Assembly (NCBI GenBank): GCA_964583485.1
Contig: CAZOVC010000001.1
Location: 347 to 64,346, forward strand
DNA from: an uncultured Candidatus Saccharibacteria bacterium
Lineage (GTDB): Bacteria; Patescibacteriota; Minisyncoccia; Minisyncoccales; GWA2-38-27
Length of the DNA: 64,000 bases
Direction: 5' to 3'
Shown here: positions 43,164-53,085 of the stretch, one piece after another
Numbering within the stretch: position 1 is the stretch's first letter
Layout: each line of letters starts with the position of its first letter
Notes under the pieces: generated by a model
What the model saw: only the letters and a program-made list of their open reading frames with translations
What the model was told of the DNA's origin: nothing
Databases searched by the model: none
Made by a program: the position numbers and the translations under genes

Positions 43164-45143
43164 ATGGCAGAAAGAAAATTCTATAGAAAAATATATAAAA
43201 AGAATAAAAAAAAGAGAATTGCTTTTTGGATTCTCGTTGTTTTGGGTTTCTGTTTTGTTCTAACAGCTTTTGCCAGCTTAATCTTATTTATCTATTATGC
43301 AAAAGATCTTCCCCGCCCAGAGAAATTCACTGAACGCGCCTTTATTGAATCAACTAAAATCTATGACCGAACTGGAGAAACTGTTCTTTACGAATTATAC
43401 AACGAAGAAAAAAGAGAAATTATTTCCTTAAATGATATGCCTGAACATTTAAAACAAGCTGTAATTGCAACAGAAGATGATAGGTTCTTTTCTCATCATG
43501 GAATTGATTTTTGGGGAATCCTCAGAGCCATAAAGATTAATTTAGGCCTGGGCAAAGCAACTTATGGCGGCTCAACAATTTCCCAACAGCTTATCCGTTC
43601 TACTTTTTTAACTTTAGAAAAAAGCGTTAAAAGAAAAATTAGAGAAATTATTTTAACCTTAGAATTAGAAAGACGTTATTCAAAAGACCAGATATTAGAA
43701 TGGTATTTGAATCAAATTCCTTTGGGTATAAATATATATGGGGTTGAAGCTGCCGCAAAAACATATTTTAACAAACCAGCTAAAGAATTAACGCTTGCTG
43801 AATCAGCTGTCTTAGCTGCTTCAATCAAAGCTCCAAGTTATTATTCTCCTTTTGGGAATTATTTAGATGAACTATTAGGCAGAAAAGATTATGTTTTAGA
43901 TAGAATGGCTCAAGAAGGGTATATAAGTCAGGGACAAGCTGATGAAGCAAAACGAGTAGAATTAGAATTTGCAAAGGTTTCCCAGCCGATTAAAGCTCCT
44001 CATTTTGTCCTTTATATTGAAGAATATCTTTTTGAAAATTACGGCAAGAATTTTTTAGAAGAAGGGGGATTCAGGGTTTATACTAGTTTAGACCGGGAAC
44101 TTCAGCAAGCAGCAGAAAAAGCCGTAGAAAATAACATTGAAAGAATTAAAAATTACAAAGCCCATAATGCTGCTTTAGTAGCAATAGACCCAAAGACAGG
44201 AGAAATTTTAGCAATGGTTGGCTCAGCTGACTGGTTTGGAGATTCTTATCCCGAAGGATGTGAAACAAGCTCTGAAGCAACCTGTCTTTTTGATCCCATG
44301 GTTAATGTAGCTACTTATGGAATAGGACGTCAGCCAGGTTCTGCTTTTAAGCCATTTGTTTATGCTGCTGCTTTTCAAAATGGCTATGATGATGAATATA
44401 TTGTTATTGACGAAGAAACTAATTTTGGCGTCTGGGGAGATAAAGAATATATACCTCAAAACTATGATGGACTATTCAGAGGGCCGGTAACTTTAAGACA
44501 AGCACTAGCCCAATCATTAAATGTTCCCTCTGTTAAAGTTCTAGTTGATTTGGCTGGATTGCCAGAAAGCATAGAAACCGCTAAAAAGTGCGGCATCACT
44601 ACCTTAAATAAGCCTGCTTCTTTTTATGGACCTGCTCTTGTGTTGGGAGGAGGAGAGGTTCGACTTCTGGATATGGTTTCTGCTTATGGCGTTTTCGCGG
44701 CCGAAGGAACAAAGTATCCGCCTATTTCCATTTTAAGAATTGAAGATTCAAAAGGAAATATTATTGAACAAAAGAAAAAAACCCCCAAAAGAGTTTTAGA
44801 ACAAGAAGCAGTAAGATTGCTTAATGATATTTTATCAGACAATGAAGCCAGAGCTCCAATGTTTGGCTCTAACTCTCAACTATACTTCCCGGATTATCAA
44901 GTAGCAGCTAAAACCGGAACAACTAATAATTATAAAGATGCCTGGACTATTGGCTATACTGGTTCAATTGCAGCTGGGGTTTGGGTAGGAAATAATAATA
45001 ATGCTGAAATGGCAAAGAAGCCGTCAATAACAATAGCCGGCCCAATCTGGCGCGCATTTATGACCGAAGCTTTGGCCAAATTCCCGAAAGAGAATTTTAT
45101 CCCGCCTGAAAAACCAAAAACCGGAGAAAAAACTGAAAAATAA
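43164..45143 (+). CDS. Class A penicillin-binding protein (GT51 transglycosylase + transpeptidase)
   Basis: ATEDDRFFSHHGID, GGSTISQQL, SAFKP, KTGTT. Confidence 0.9.
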   Translation: MAERKFYRKIYKKNKKKRIAFWILVVLGFCFVLTAFASLILFIYYAKDLPRPEKFTERAFIESTKIYDRTGETVLYELYNEEKREIISLNDMPEHLKQAVIATEDDRFFSHHGIDFWGILRAIKINLGLGKATYGGSTISQQLIRSTFLTLEKSVKRKIREIILTLELERRYSKDQILEWYLNQIPLGINIYGVEAAAKTYFNKPAKELTLAESAVLAASIKAPSYYSPFGNYLDELLGRKDYVLDRMAQEGYISQGQADEAKRVELEFAKVSQPIKAPHFVLYIEEYLFENYGKNFLEEGGFRVYTSLDRELQQAAEKAVENNIERIKNYKAHNAALVAIDPKTGEILAMVGSADWFGDSYPEGCETSSEATCLFDPMVNVATYGIGRQPGSAFKPFVYAAAFQNGYDDEYIVIDEETNFGVWGDKEYIPQNYDGLFRGPVTLRQALAQSLNVPSVKVLVDLAGLPESIETAKKCGITTLNKPASFYGPALVLGGGEVRLLDMVSAYGVFAAEGTKYPPISILRIEDSKGNIIEQKKKTPKRVLEQEAVRLLNDILSDNEARAPMFGSNSQLYFPDYQVAAKTGTTNNYKDAWTIGYTGSIAAGVWVGNNNNAEMAKKPSITIAGPIWRAFMTEALAKFPKENFIPPEKPKTGEKTEK

Positions 45144-45182
45144 AAAGGGAGCTCATTGACTCCCTGTTTTTTCTATTTCCAA

Positions 45183-45407
45183 CTAATTCATTCCAACCAA
45201 GAGTTCATCTGCCCGGCTGATAAGGGTTTGAGTTAATTTAAAACTCAACACCGCGGCATCAAACCAGTCAAAATCCGTTCTCTTGCTTTCTGCTTGTTCT
45301 TTTATGGCTTCGAGAAGTTCATCCTCCCGACCTTCCTCATAGCGAAAAACAAATCTCTGCCCCGACTTATTTAAAACCAACTGCCGCATTTTATTTTTAT
45401 TTTCCAT
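45183..45407 (-). CDS. Hypothetical protein
   Basis: ORF only. Confidence 0.3.
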   Translation of the reverse strand: MENKNKMRQLVLNKSGQRFVFRYEEGREDELLEAIKEQAESKRTDFDWFDAAVLSFKLTQTLISRADELLVGMN

Positions 45408-45550
45408 TTTATTTTCCTCTCATTCTAATATTATTTTTTGTCAAAGCTGAAAACTTTTCAGCAACTGATTTAAGTTTAGCAAAATTAATTAATTTTGTCA
45501 AATTTTTTATCCACTGGGTTGCTTTTTTTGTTTATGCTATAATTTAGATA

Positions 45551-46006
45551 ATGCCGAACTATCCAAAAGAACAACTCTGGGAGCTATATAAAGATCTTCC
45601 TAAAGACCTTCAGAAAGCTACTTTTTCTGAAGAAGTCGCTGCTAATATCCAGAAAGTTTGTAAAGAAAATGGCATCACTGACGATGACGTAATTTTTGAT
45701 ATTACTAAGAATATTGGCTATGTTTTTCTTGGTCTTTTAGCGCCAAATGAATTTTCAAGTGTTTTAGAAAAAGAATTAAAAATAGAAAAGAAAAAAGCTG
45801 AGCAAATTAGTTCAGAAATTACCAGATTTGTTTTTCTGCCGGTTAAAAAAAGCTTGGAAGCGCTCTATCAAATAAAGATAAAAGCAGAAGCAAAAGAACC
45901 CGCCGTCGCTAAAGCTATAGCGGGCCCCGTTAGAGACGAAGCCTCTAACGGGGCGGGCGAGGATAATCTCAAAAGAAAAAACGGGTATAGAGAAATAATT
46001 GAATAG
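45551..46006 (+). CDS. Hypothetical protein, first gene of the T4SS-like operon
   Basis: Tightly spaced with the downstream genes. Its C-terminus contains a GC-rich palindromic insert. Confidence 0.4.
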   Translation: MPNYPKEQLWELYKDLPKDLQKATFSEEVAANIQKVCKENGITDDDVIFDITKNIGYVFLGLLAPNEFSSVLEKELKIEKKKAEQISSEITRFVFLPVKKSLEALYQIKIKAEAKEPAVAKAIAGPVRDEASNGAGEDNLKRKNGYREIIE

Positions 46007-46008
46007 TT

Positions 46009-46410
46009 ATGGAATTTACAGTGCCACAATTTATTGAAAAAGAACCGAAAATAGTTGGTCCGTTTACCTTTAAGCAATTCATCTTTATCGGCATTGCCGG
46101 CGGAATTTGCATTTTTCTTTTTTTTACTGTTTCTTTGTTTGTTTTTATACTCGCAGCAATAGTATTATTAGGAGGAGCTTTTGCTTTGGCTTTTTTGAAA
46201 ATCGGAAAAACCTCTCTACCTCTTTTTATAAAAAACTTTTTTAGTTTTCTTTTTAAACCAAAGGTTTATCTCTGGAAAAAGAAAATCAGCCCTCCGAAAT
46301 TTCTCAGAAAAACAGAAGCAAAGAAAGAAGAATCTGAGAAAAAATCAGAATTGAAAGTTACCAAGGGCAGTAGATTAGATGAATTATTCACAAGATTAGA
46401 AACCAAATGA
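46009..46410 (+). CDS. PrgI/VirB3-like small membrane protein
   Basis: MEFTVPQFIEKEPKIVGPFTFKQFIFIGIAGG and two TM segments, as I recall for the PrgI family. Confidence 0.5.
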   Translation: MEFTVPQFIEKEPKIVGPFTFKQFIFIGIAGGICIFLFFTVSLFVFILAAIVLLGGAFALAFLKIGKTSLPLFIKNFFSFLFKPKVYLWKKKISPPKFLRKTEAKKEESEKKSELKVTKGSRLDELFTRLETK

Positions 46411-46411
46411 C

Positions 46412-47041
46412 ATGAAACCTTCTACTCAAGATTTTTTAGAATTTGACCAAATAAAAGACGGAATTATTATTTTAAAAAACAAAGGACTAAGAGCGGTATT
46501 AATGGTCTCTTCTTTAAATTTCGCTTTAAAGTCCACTGAAGAACAAAACGCCATTTTATACCAATTCCAGAATTTCTTAAATTCCCTGGACTTTTCCTGC
46601 CAAATTATTGTTCAATCAAGACGTCTTAACATCACTGGCTATTTAGAAAAACTCACAGAGATTGAAAAAAAAGAAGAAAATGAACTGCTTAAAATTCAGA
46701 TCACTGATTATAAGAAATTTATTGAACAAATAACAAAAGGGGGGTCAATTATGCAAAAGACGTTTTATGTTATAGTTCCTTTTTCTATTATGAAAGCTTC
46801 AATAATCACAGAAAAAGGAAGGATTCCTAAGGTTTCAACTTTAACTGAAGAAGTATTCCAAAGATGCAAAACCCAACTTTTACAAAGAGTAGAATTTGTG
46901 GTTTTAGGATTAATGGCGTCCGGGCTCCAGTCTGTTCCTTTGACTAGTTTAGAGATTATTGAACTTTTCTGGGGGCTTCATCACCCGGCGGAAGCAGAAC
47001 AGGGTTATTATCCTGAAATACCAAGCGAATTAGTAGAATAA
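46412..47041 (+). CDS. Hypothetical protein coupled to the VirB4-like ATPase
   Basis: 2-nt and 6-nt spacers to its neighbours. No motif recognised. Confidence 0.4.
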   Translation: MKPSTQDFLEFDQIKDGIIILKNKGLRAVLMVSSLNFALKSTEEQNAILYQFQNFLNSLDFSCQIIVQSRRLNITGYLEKLTEIEKKEENELLKIQITDYKKFIEQITKGGSIMQKTFYVIVPFSIMKASIITEKGRIPKVSTLTEEVFQRCKTQLLQRVEFVVLGLMASGLQSVPLTSLEIIELFWGLHHPAEAEQGYYPEIPSELVE

Positions 47042-47046
47042 TTAAT

Positions 47047-50000
47047 ATGGAGATACCATTCCTCAAAAAATTTAAAAAGAAATCTAAAATTCCAGAAGAA
47101 CTCTTTCCTAAAGAACCCTTTGGTATTGCCGATATTATTGCTCCCTCTTCTCTTGAAGTTAAACAGAATTATCTAAAATTAGGAGAACGATTTGCTAAAA
47201 GCTACTTTATTTTTTCTTATCCCAGATATCTAAGCACTGGCTGGCTTTCTCCAATAATAAACTTGAATGTTCCAATGGACATTTCTTTTTACCTGCATCC
47301 GATTTCAAGTGAAAGCATCTTAAGAAAACTAAGAAAAAGAGTTACTGAGGTTCAGGCAGAAATTTCCGAAAGAGAAGAAAAAGGCCTAATCCGCGACCCT
47401 GCTTTGGAAACTGCTTATCAGGATTTGGAAGATTTGAGAGATAAACTCCAGACAGCCCAGGAAAGAATGTTCCGCTTTAGCTTATACCTCACTGTTTATG
47501 CTAATACTGAAAAAGAATTAAGAGATATTGAAACAAATTTAAGGTCAATTCTGGAATCGCGCTTAATATATATAAAACCTGCTCTTTACCAGCAAAAAGA
47601 AGGATTTATTTGCACTTCCCCATATAATTTAGACAAGTTAATGGTTACTACTCTAATGAACACCGCTCCTTTATCAAGCACGTTCCCGTTCATTTCTTTT
47701 GATTTGAGCTCCAACGAAGGAATTCTTTACGGCATTAACAAACATAATAATTCCTTGGTTTTGTTTGATCGTTTTAGTTTGGCTAACGCCAACGAAGTAA
47801 TATTCGCAACGAGTGGCGCAGGAAAATCGGTTGTCTCTTCCACCCCAGTTTTAGTTAAAACTAATAAAAAGATTCAGTTAACAAAAATTGGTCCTTTAAT
47901 CGAAAAAACAATAAAAGAAAAAGGGCTAACTCAAATTGATGAAGAATTAAAAGGAACAATTGATCCTAAAATTGAGGTCTTTAGTTTCAACAAAGACCTT
48001 AAAGGAGAATGGTCTAAAGTAAGTGTGGCTGCTCGTAAAAAAGCGCCAAAGCTTTTCTATAAATTCAAAACTAAAAGTGGAAGAGAAATTACTACTACTG
48101 GCGATCATAATATGTTAATTCTTAAGAATGGGAAAGTAATTGCTGCTAAAAGTTCGGAAATAAAACAAGGAGAATATATTCCCTTACCCCGAGAAGTATC
48201 TGTAAATCAAAAACCTTTAACACATTTAAATTTGTTAACACTCCTCAAAAACTCAAAAAGAGTTTATGTAATTAATGCAGGAAATATTCTAAAAAGAAAT
48301 TATGAAGTTTTAAAGAAAACTGTCTTAGACGAAAAATATGATCGCTATCTATATAAATATCGAGATGGTCGACCCATGCCCATACAATATTTTTTGGAAA
48401 TTTTAGATTTTCTTAAAATTAAACCTAACAACTTTGAGCTTAAGAATTTAAAAATTACTTCAAGAAATGGAAAAAACCGACATCTGCTACCTATTGACTT
48501 CCCTATAACATCAGCGCTTTTAAAGACTTTAGGATTTATCGCCGCTGAAGGCACAACAAGAAATGAAGTTATTATGATAAGCAACACAGATCCCGAATTT
48601 CTTCAAAGCGCTCAAGCTGCTTTTAAAGATATTGATATTCCTTTCTTTTATGGAAACCGAGGTATTAATACTGCTAGTCGAGTTTTTATTGATATGATTA
48701 AAGCTCTCGAAGGTTTTGGCAAATCTGGTGAAAAAAGAATTTGTCCATTTGTCTTTAATTTAGATAAAACAAAAATTGCTCAATACTTATCAGCTTATTT
48801 TGAAGGAGATGGAGGAGTTGAGAAACACGAAATTGCAGCTGTTTCTAAATCAAAAGGGTTAATTTCGGAAATCTCTTATCTTTTATATTATTTCGGAATT
48901 GTTAGCAGAATCTCAAAAACAAAAAAGAGGGCTCAAGGTTGGGTTTGGAAAAAAACCTACTGGACATTATCTATTTCGGGCCAAGACAACTTAAGAAAAT
49001 TCGCCAAACATATTGGTTTTATATCTAAAAGAAAAAAGAATAGGCTTGAACAAATTATCAAAAAAGAAGGTAATACTAATGTTGATCTAATTCCAGAAGT
49101 AGCTCCTATAATCCAAGAAATCTATCATCTGTTTTCATCTCAATTACATGATATTCGTGAAATTAGTAGTTTAAAATTAAAATCTTATAAACCTTCGCCT
49201 TTACAATTACAAAAAGTCATAAATAAAATTGAAGAAAGAATTCAACATTTTAAAAATTTGAGAGCTACTTTTGAAACTTTAAATAAACTTCCTAATTTAG
49301 CTCAGATTATCAATATCGGAAAAGAGAATGAACAATTGAATAGTGCTTTATGGCAAATCCTTGGTAATAATTGGCAAGTAATGAAAAACCAAAAATCTAA
49401 ACCTTTCTCTCAAAATGCCTTTAAATCAATAAAAATAATTAATGGAAGTGATTATTCCTTAGTAGATTTGAAAGAAAAAATTAATTTAGGATTTAAAGAA
49501 ATGGATATTCCGATGAAATATTATAATCACTCTTTGCAAAGCGCTTTAGTCGCCCGCAAAAAAAGCAATACTTCTTATGAAACAATCCAAAAATCAGCTC
49601 AGTTTGTCTGGCAAAATTATCAAGATGTTCTAATGAATAAAATTCCTTTAGTTGAAAAAAAATTAGCCCAACTAAAAGTATTAGCCAACTCTAATCTTTT
49701 CTGGGATCCGATTGTAGAAATTGAGAAAATTGAAAATAAAAATGATAAATATGTTTATGACTTAACAGTTGATAATGAAGTATTTTTAGCAGGACAAGGA
49801 GGAATGTTTATTCATAATTCTTACGCAGTTAAATTAGAAATTCTAAGATATCTTATGCTTGGGGCAGAATGCATTATTATAGACCCGGAAAATGAGTACA
49901 AGTTTTTAGCAGAGGCAGTAGGGGGTTCTTTCTTTAATATTTCTTTATCTTCTGAACATCATATTAATCCCTTTGACCTTCCTCCTCCCAGAGAAGACGA

Positions 50001-50847
50001 AAAACCAGAAGACGTTTTAAGAAGTAACATTATTAACTTAGTTGGCTTAATGAGAGTTATGCTCGGCGGATTAACCCCGGAAGAAGATGGTATTATAGAC
50101 AGGGCCTTAACTGAAACTTACGCGGCAAAAGACATTACTCCAGAAACCGACCCAAAACTTTGGGGCAAAAAAGAAAGCCTTCCCTTCCCCACAATGAGCG
50201 ACCTTGAGGCAATTCTGGAAACAATGGAAGGAGCTGAATCATTGGTTAAACGGCTTCAAAGATTTACCAAAGGCGTTTATTCTCAATTTTTTAACCAACC
50301 CTCTAATGTAAGTATGGAAAACAGATTGGTTGTTTTCGGCATCCGCGACATGGAAGATGAATTAAGGCCTATGGCTCTGTTTATGATTTTAAGATATATT
50401 TGGAAAACAATTACTTCTGAGATGAAAAAGCGGCTCTTAGTAATTGACGAGGCCTGGTGGCTGATGAAAACAGAAGATGGAGCTTCCTTCTTATTTGGAA
50501 CAGTTAAAAGGGCCAGGAAATATTGGCTGGGAGTAACCACTATTACCCAGGACGTGCAGGATTTTATGAAATCAGAGTATGGCAAACCAATTCTTACCAA
50601 CTCTTCTTTAGCCCTCTTAATGAAGCAAAGCCCAGCTACTATTAATGTAGTTCAGAAAACATTTAACCTTACTGAAGAAGAAAAAATGTCCTTGCTGGAA
50701 TCACCAGTAGGGGAAGGCATATTCTTTGCCGGGACAAAACACGTTTTAATTAAAATCCTTGCTTCGTATACTGAAGACCAGATTATTACCACATCCCCAG
50801 AACAACTCCAAAAAATAAAACAGGCTAAAAAGGAAATTGGAAGCTAA
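47047..50847 (+). CDS. virB4: VirB4/TrbE-like T4SS ATPase interrupted by an intein
   Basis: Walker A SGAGK|S split at 47827. After the intein: SYAVKLE.., Walker B LLVIDEAWWLM, ITQDVQDF. The exteins total 602 aa. Confidence 0.85.
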   Translation: MEIPFLKKFKKKSKIPEELFPKEPFGIADIIAPSSLEVKQNYLKLGERFAKSYFIFSYPRYLSTGWLSPIINLNVPMDISFYLHPISSESILRKLRKRVTEVQAEISEREEKGLIRDPALETAYQDLEDLRDKLQTAQERMFRFSLYLTVYANTEKELRDIETNLRSILESRLIYIKPALYQQKEGFICTSPYNLDKLMVTTLMNTAPLSSTFPFISFDLSSNEGILYGINKHNNSLVLFDRFSLANANEVIFATSGAGKSVVSSTPVLVKTNKKIQLTKIGPLIEKTIKEKGLTQIDEELKGTIDPKIEVFSFNKDLKGEWSKVSVAARKKAPKLFYKFKTKSGREITTTGDHNMLILKNGKVIAAKSSEIKQGEYIPLPREVSVNQKPLTHLNLLTLLKNSKRVYVINAGNILKRNYEVLKKTVLDEKYDRYLYKYRDGRPMPIQYFLEILDFLKIKPNNFELKNLKITSRNGKNRHLLPIDFPITSALLKTLGFIAAEGTTRNEVIMISNTDPEFLQSAQAAFKDIDIPFFYGNRGINTASRVFIDMIKALEGFGKSGEKRICPFVFNLDKTKIAQYLSAYFEGDGGVEKHEIAAVSKSKGLISEISYLLYYFGIVSRISKTKKRAQGWVWKKTYWTLSISGQDNLRKFAKHIGFISKRKKNRLEQIIKKEGNTNVDLIPEVAPIIQEIYHLFSSQLHDIREISSLKLKSYKPSPLQLQKVINKIEERIQHFKNLRATFETLNKLPNLAQIINIGKENEQLNSALWQILGNNWQVMKNQKSKPFSQNAFKSIKIINGSDYSLVDLKEKINLGFKEMDIPMKYYNHSLQSALVARKKSNTSYETIQKSAQFVWQNYQDVLMNKIPLVEKKLAQLKVLANSNLFWDPIVEIEKIENKNDKYVYDLTVDNEVFLAGQGGMFIHNSYAVKLEILRYLMLGAECIIIDPENEYKFLAEAVGGSFFNISLSSEHHINPFDLPPPREDEKPEDVLRSNIINLVGLMRVMLGGLTPEEDGIIDRALTETYAAKDITPETDPKLWGKKESLPFPTMSDLEAILETMEGAESLVKRLQRFTKGVYSQFFNQPSNVSMENRLVVFGIRDMEDELRPMALFMILRYIWKTITSEMKKRLLVIDEAWWLMKTEDGASFLFGTVKRARKYWLGVTTITQDVQDFMKSEYGKPILTNSSLALLMKQSPATINVVQKTFNLTEEEKMSLLESPVGEGIFFAGTKHVLIKILASYTEDQIITTSPEQLQKIKQAKKEIGS
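47827..49818 (+). mobile_element. 664-aa intein with LAGLIDADG homing-endonuclease domain
   Basis: Starts with Ser after GAGK. Block B TTTGDHNML, LAGLIDADG motifs LGFIAAEGT and LSAYFEGDGG. Ends ..MFIHN with Ser at +1. Confidence 0.8.
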
Positions 50848-50850
50848 GAT

Positions 50851-51168
50851 ATGGCTGAAGAAAAACAAATTATCAAAGCGCCGGCCAAGAAGAAAGGCGG
50901 CTGGTTTCAAAAAATTCCTACTGATGTTTTGCTTTCACCAGGCGGAATGATTTTGATTTTTTTTGCCGTTATTATGGAGATCGTTGACCTTATTCCTCTC
51001 CCTGTTATTGACCAATTGTGGGAGCTGCCATTTGAAATTGTTTTTGTTATTTTATTGACTGTTTTAGCTAAAGTTCCTCTGAAAGCATCTGTTATTCCCT
51101 TTCTTATTGAACGCATACCAATGGTAAGCGATATTCTTCCTACTTGGGTTATTAGAATGCTTGTTTAA
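50851..51168 (+). CDS. Small membrane protein
   Basis: Three hydrophobic segments, operon position. Confidence 0.4.
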   Translation: MAEEKQIIKAPAKKKGGWFQKIPTDVLLSPGGMILIFFAVIMEIVDLIPLPVIDQLWELPFEIVFVILLTVLAKVPLKASVIPFLIERIPMVSDILPTWVIRMLV

Positions 51169-53080
51169 TATGCTTCTCTTTTTTTTGGAAATAATTTATC
51201 CCAGAATTCCCGGGGCTTTAGCGCCTCAAGATTTTTTAAATACTACTTTGCCAGAAGACGTTCTTTCTCTCTATGCCAAATATCTGGTTAATTTGTGTAT
51301 TTGGACAGGAGGAATACTTGCTCTTGGAGGCCTGATTTACGGAGGAATTCTTTATTTAATTTCAACTGGCAAACCGGAAAGAATGAGTTCAGCTAAAAAC
51401 CAAATCTCCGGCGCTTTTTTTGGTCTCTTAATTTTACTCTCTTCTTATCTTATTCTAAAAACTCTTAGCCCGCAGTTTATTAATCTAAAAATCCCAACAC
51501 TCCAAACGGTTCAAATTCCTGTAAAACCAGACGTACCATTGCCTGAAACTACTGCCATTAACAGCTCAATTGACGTTGAAATGCCTTTTTCCAGAATAAT
51601 TGAAAATCTCTTTGAAACATATATTTCTGATTATCCAAAACCCGAAGAGGAAAAAATACCAAGAATGACGCGGATCAAAAACATTGCTGAAACAACAAAA
51701 GAAATTACTAACAAACTTTTAAACCAAAGCGAAAATTTAAAAAATGCGGCAGATGAATGCAGTTGTCGCCAGACTGATCCAGAACAGCCCTGCGGCAACA
51801 ATAAGTCGGGGAATACAACTTGGAAATGTAGTTGTGGGGGTTGTAGCGCAACAAAACCTTGCACTTGCGATCCATGCAGCGACGTAAGAGGAGAAATTCA
51901 AGACAATGAAAATAAAAACAAAGCAGAAATTAACAATCTTAGTATAAAAAATACGGAAACGGAACAAGAAGTTCGTCTTTTAGAAGAAGAGTTAGACCGT
52001 TTGAAAAGAGCGGAAAAATTCATTAAAGAATGTCCCTTAAGGTCCTTGAGGAGTTTACTTCAATTCTATAATAAAAAAGATTCTTATGATAATCAGGGCT
52101 GGACATTAAAAAGTATTAATTTCTGGGACGATGTTAATATTAGATACTATTTGCCAAATATATATGGGAAAGCATCAATAATGACAGATAATGATTTTGC
52201 AACTTTTTACTGTTCTGTTAGCGGAACAATGGAACAAAAAGAGGTTTTTCCAGTGTCTGTGCCCGATGCAGATAAGCTTACTGGGGAAGAATCGGTAGAA
52301 GAAGCAGAAGAGGTTTTTTCAGAATCAATGGCTTGTTCAAAAGAAACTCCGGTTGGCGAAATTATTGACCGGGCAAAAAGAACAACCCAGCTCTTAATAA
52401 ACAAACTGGAACTGCTTGTTGAAAAAAACAAAGAATTAACTGATGCTGTTGATAAATTACAGGTCTTAGTAAGCCAATGCAGTTCTAAAAGAGGGTGCGA
52501 ACGTCGCTGCGCTTGCTTTCATTGCGGTTGCGGTCACGACCCCTGTATTGATCTCTGTCAAGGATGGACTTATTGCTGCGCTGATTCCTCTGGGAATTAC
52601 CCTAGTATATGCAAAGAAAGAGATAAAGACACGCCTTGCCCTTATGAAGAAATTGAGGACCAGCTCAAAGAAATCCAAAGAATTCAACAAGAAATAAAGG
52701 ATATAATAGATGGAAAAGACAGCAATGATACTATTTCAAATATTGGCATAATAACCATAATTGATGAAATAAGTCCGGAGATAATTGAAGATTTAGCAAA
52801 GAATATTAGATACGTAATGAAACATTATGATGAACTATTTAACTGCTCGCAGGCAAAAGGAGCAATTATCCCTCCAAATAACGCAATACTGCGAATCTGC
52901 TGTAAAACAGAAAACTCTGCTTATGGAGATTGCTTTGAAGAGTGTTATTTAGAAATAGGCCAAGACAAACACAGAGAATGTGTTCAGAAATGCCTAAATA
53001 AAAAAGCCCAAGAATTAAATGACCCAGAAATTGCCCAGTGTGTTCATGAGCTCAATTTTTACATCTGCGAAACTAAATAA
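51161..53080 (+). CDS. Pilin-hairpin (VirB2/TrbC-like) fused to Cys-rich/coiled-coil modules, paralog 1
   Basis: N-terminus GGILYLISTGKPE..AKNQISGAFFGLLILLSSYLILKT. Two CxC-rich knots, each ending in PCP plus a helix. Confidence 0.5.
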   Translation: MFNMLLFFLEIIYPRIPGALAPQDFLNTTLPEDVLSLYAKYLVNLCIWTGGILALGGLIYGGILYLISTGKPERMSSAKNQISGAFFGLLILLSSYLILKTLSPQFINLKIPTLQTVQIPVKPDVPLPETTAINSSIDVEMPFSRIIENLFETYISDYPKPEEEKIPRMTRIKNIAETTKEITNKLLNQSENLKNAADECSCRQTDPEQPCGNNKSGNTTWKCSCGGCSATKPCTCDPCSDVRGEIQDNENKNKAEINNLSIKNTETEQEVRLLEEELDRLKRAEKFIKECPLRSLRSLLQFYNKKDSYDNQGWTLKSINFWDDVNIRYYLPNIYGKASIMTDNDFATFYCSVSGTMEQKEVFPVSVPDADKLTGEESVEEAEEVFSESMACSKETPVGEIIDRAKRTTQLLINKLELLVEKNKELTDAVDKLQVLVSQCSSKRGCERRCACFHCGCGHDPCIDLCQGWTYCCADSSGNYPSICKERDKDTPCPYEEIEDQLKEIQRIQQEIKDIIDGKDSNDTISNIGIITIIDEISPEIIEDLAKNIRYVMKHYDELFNCSQAKGAIIPPNNAILRICCKTENSAYGDCFEECYLEIGQDKHRECVQKCLNKKAQELNDPEIAQCVHELNFYICETK

Positions 53081-53085
53081 TAAAT

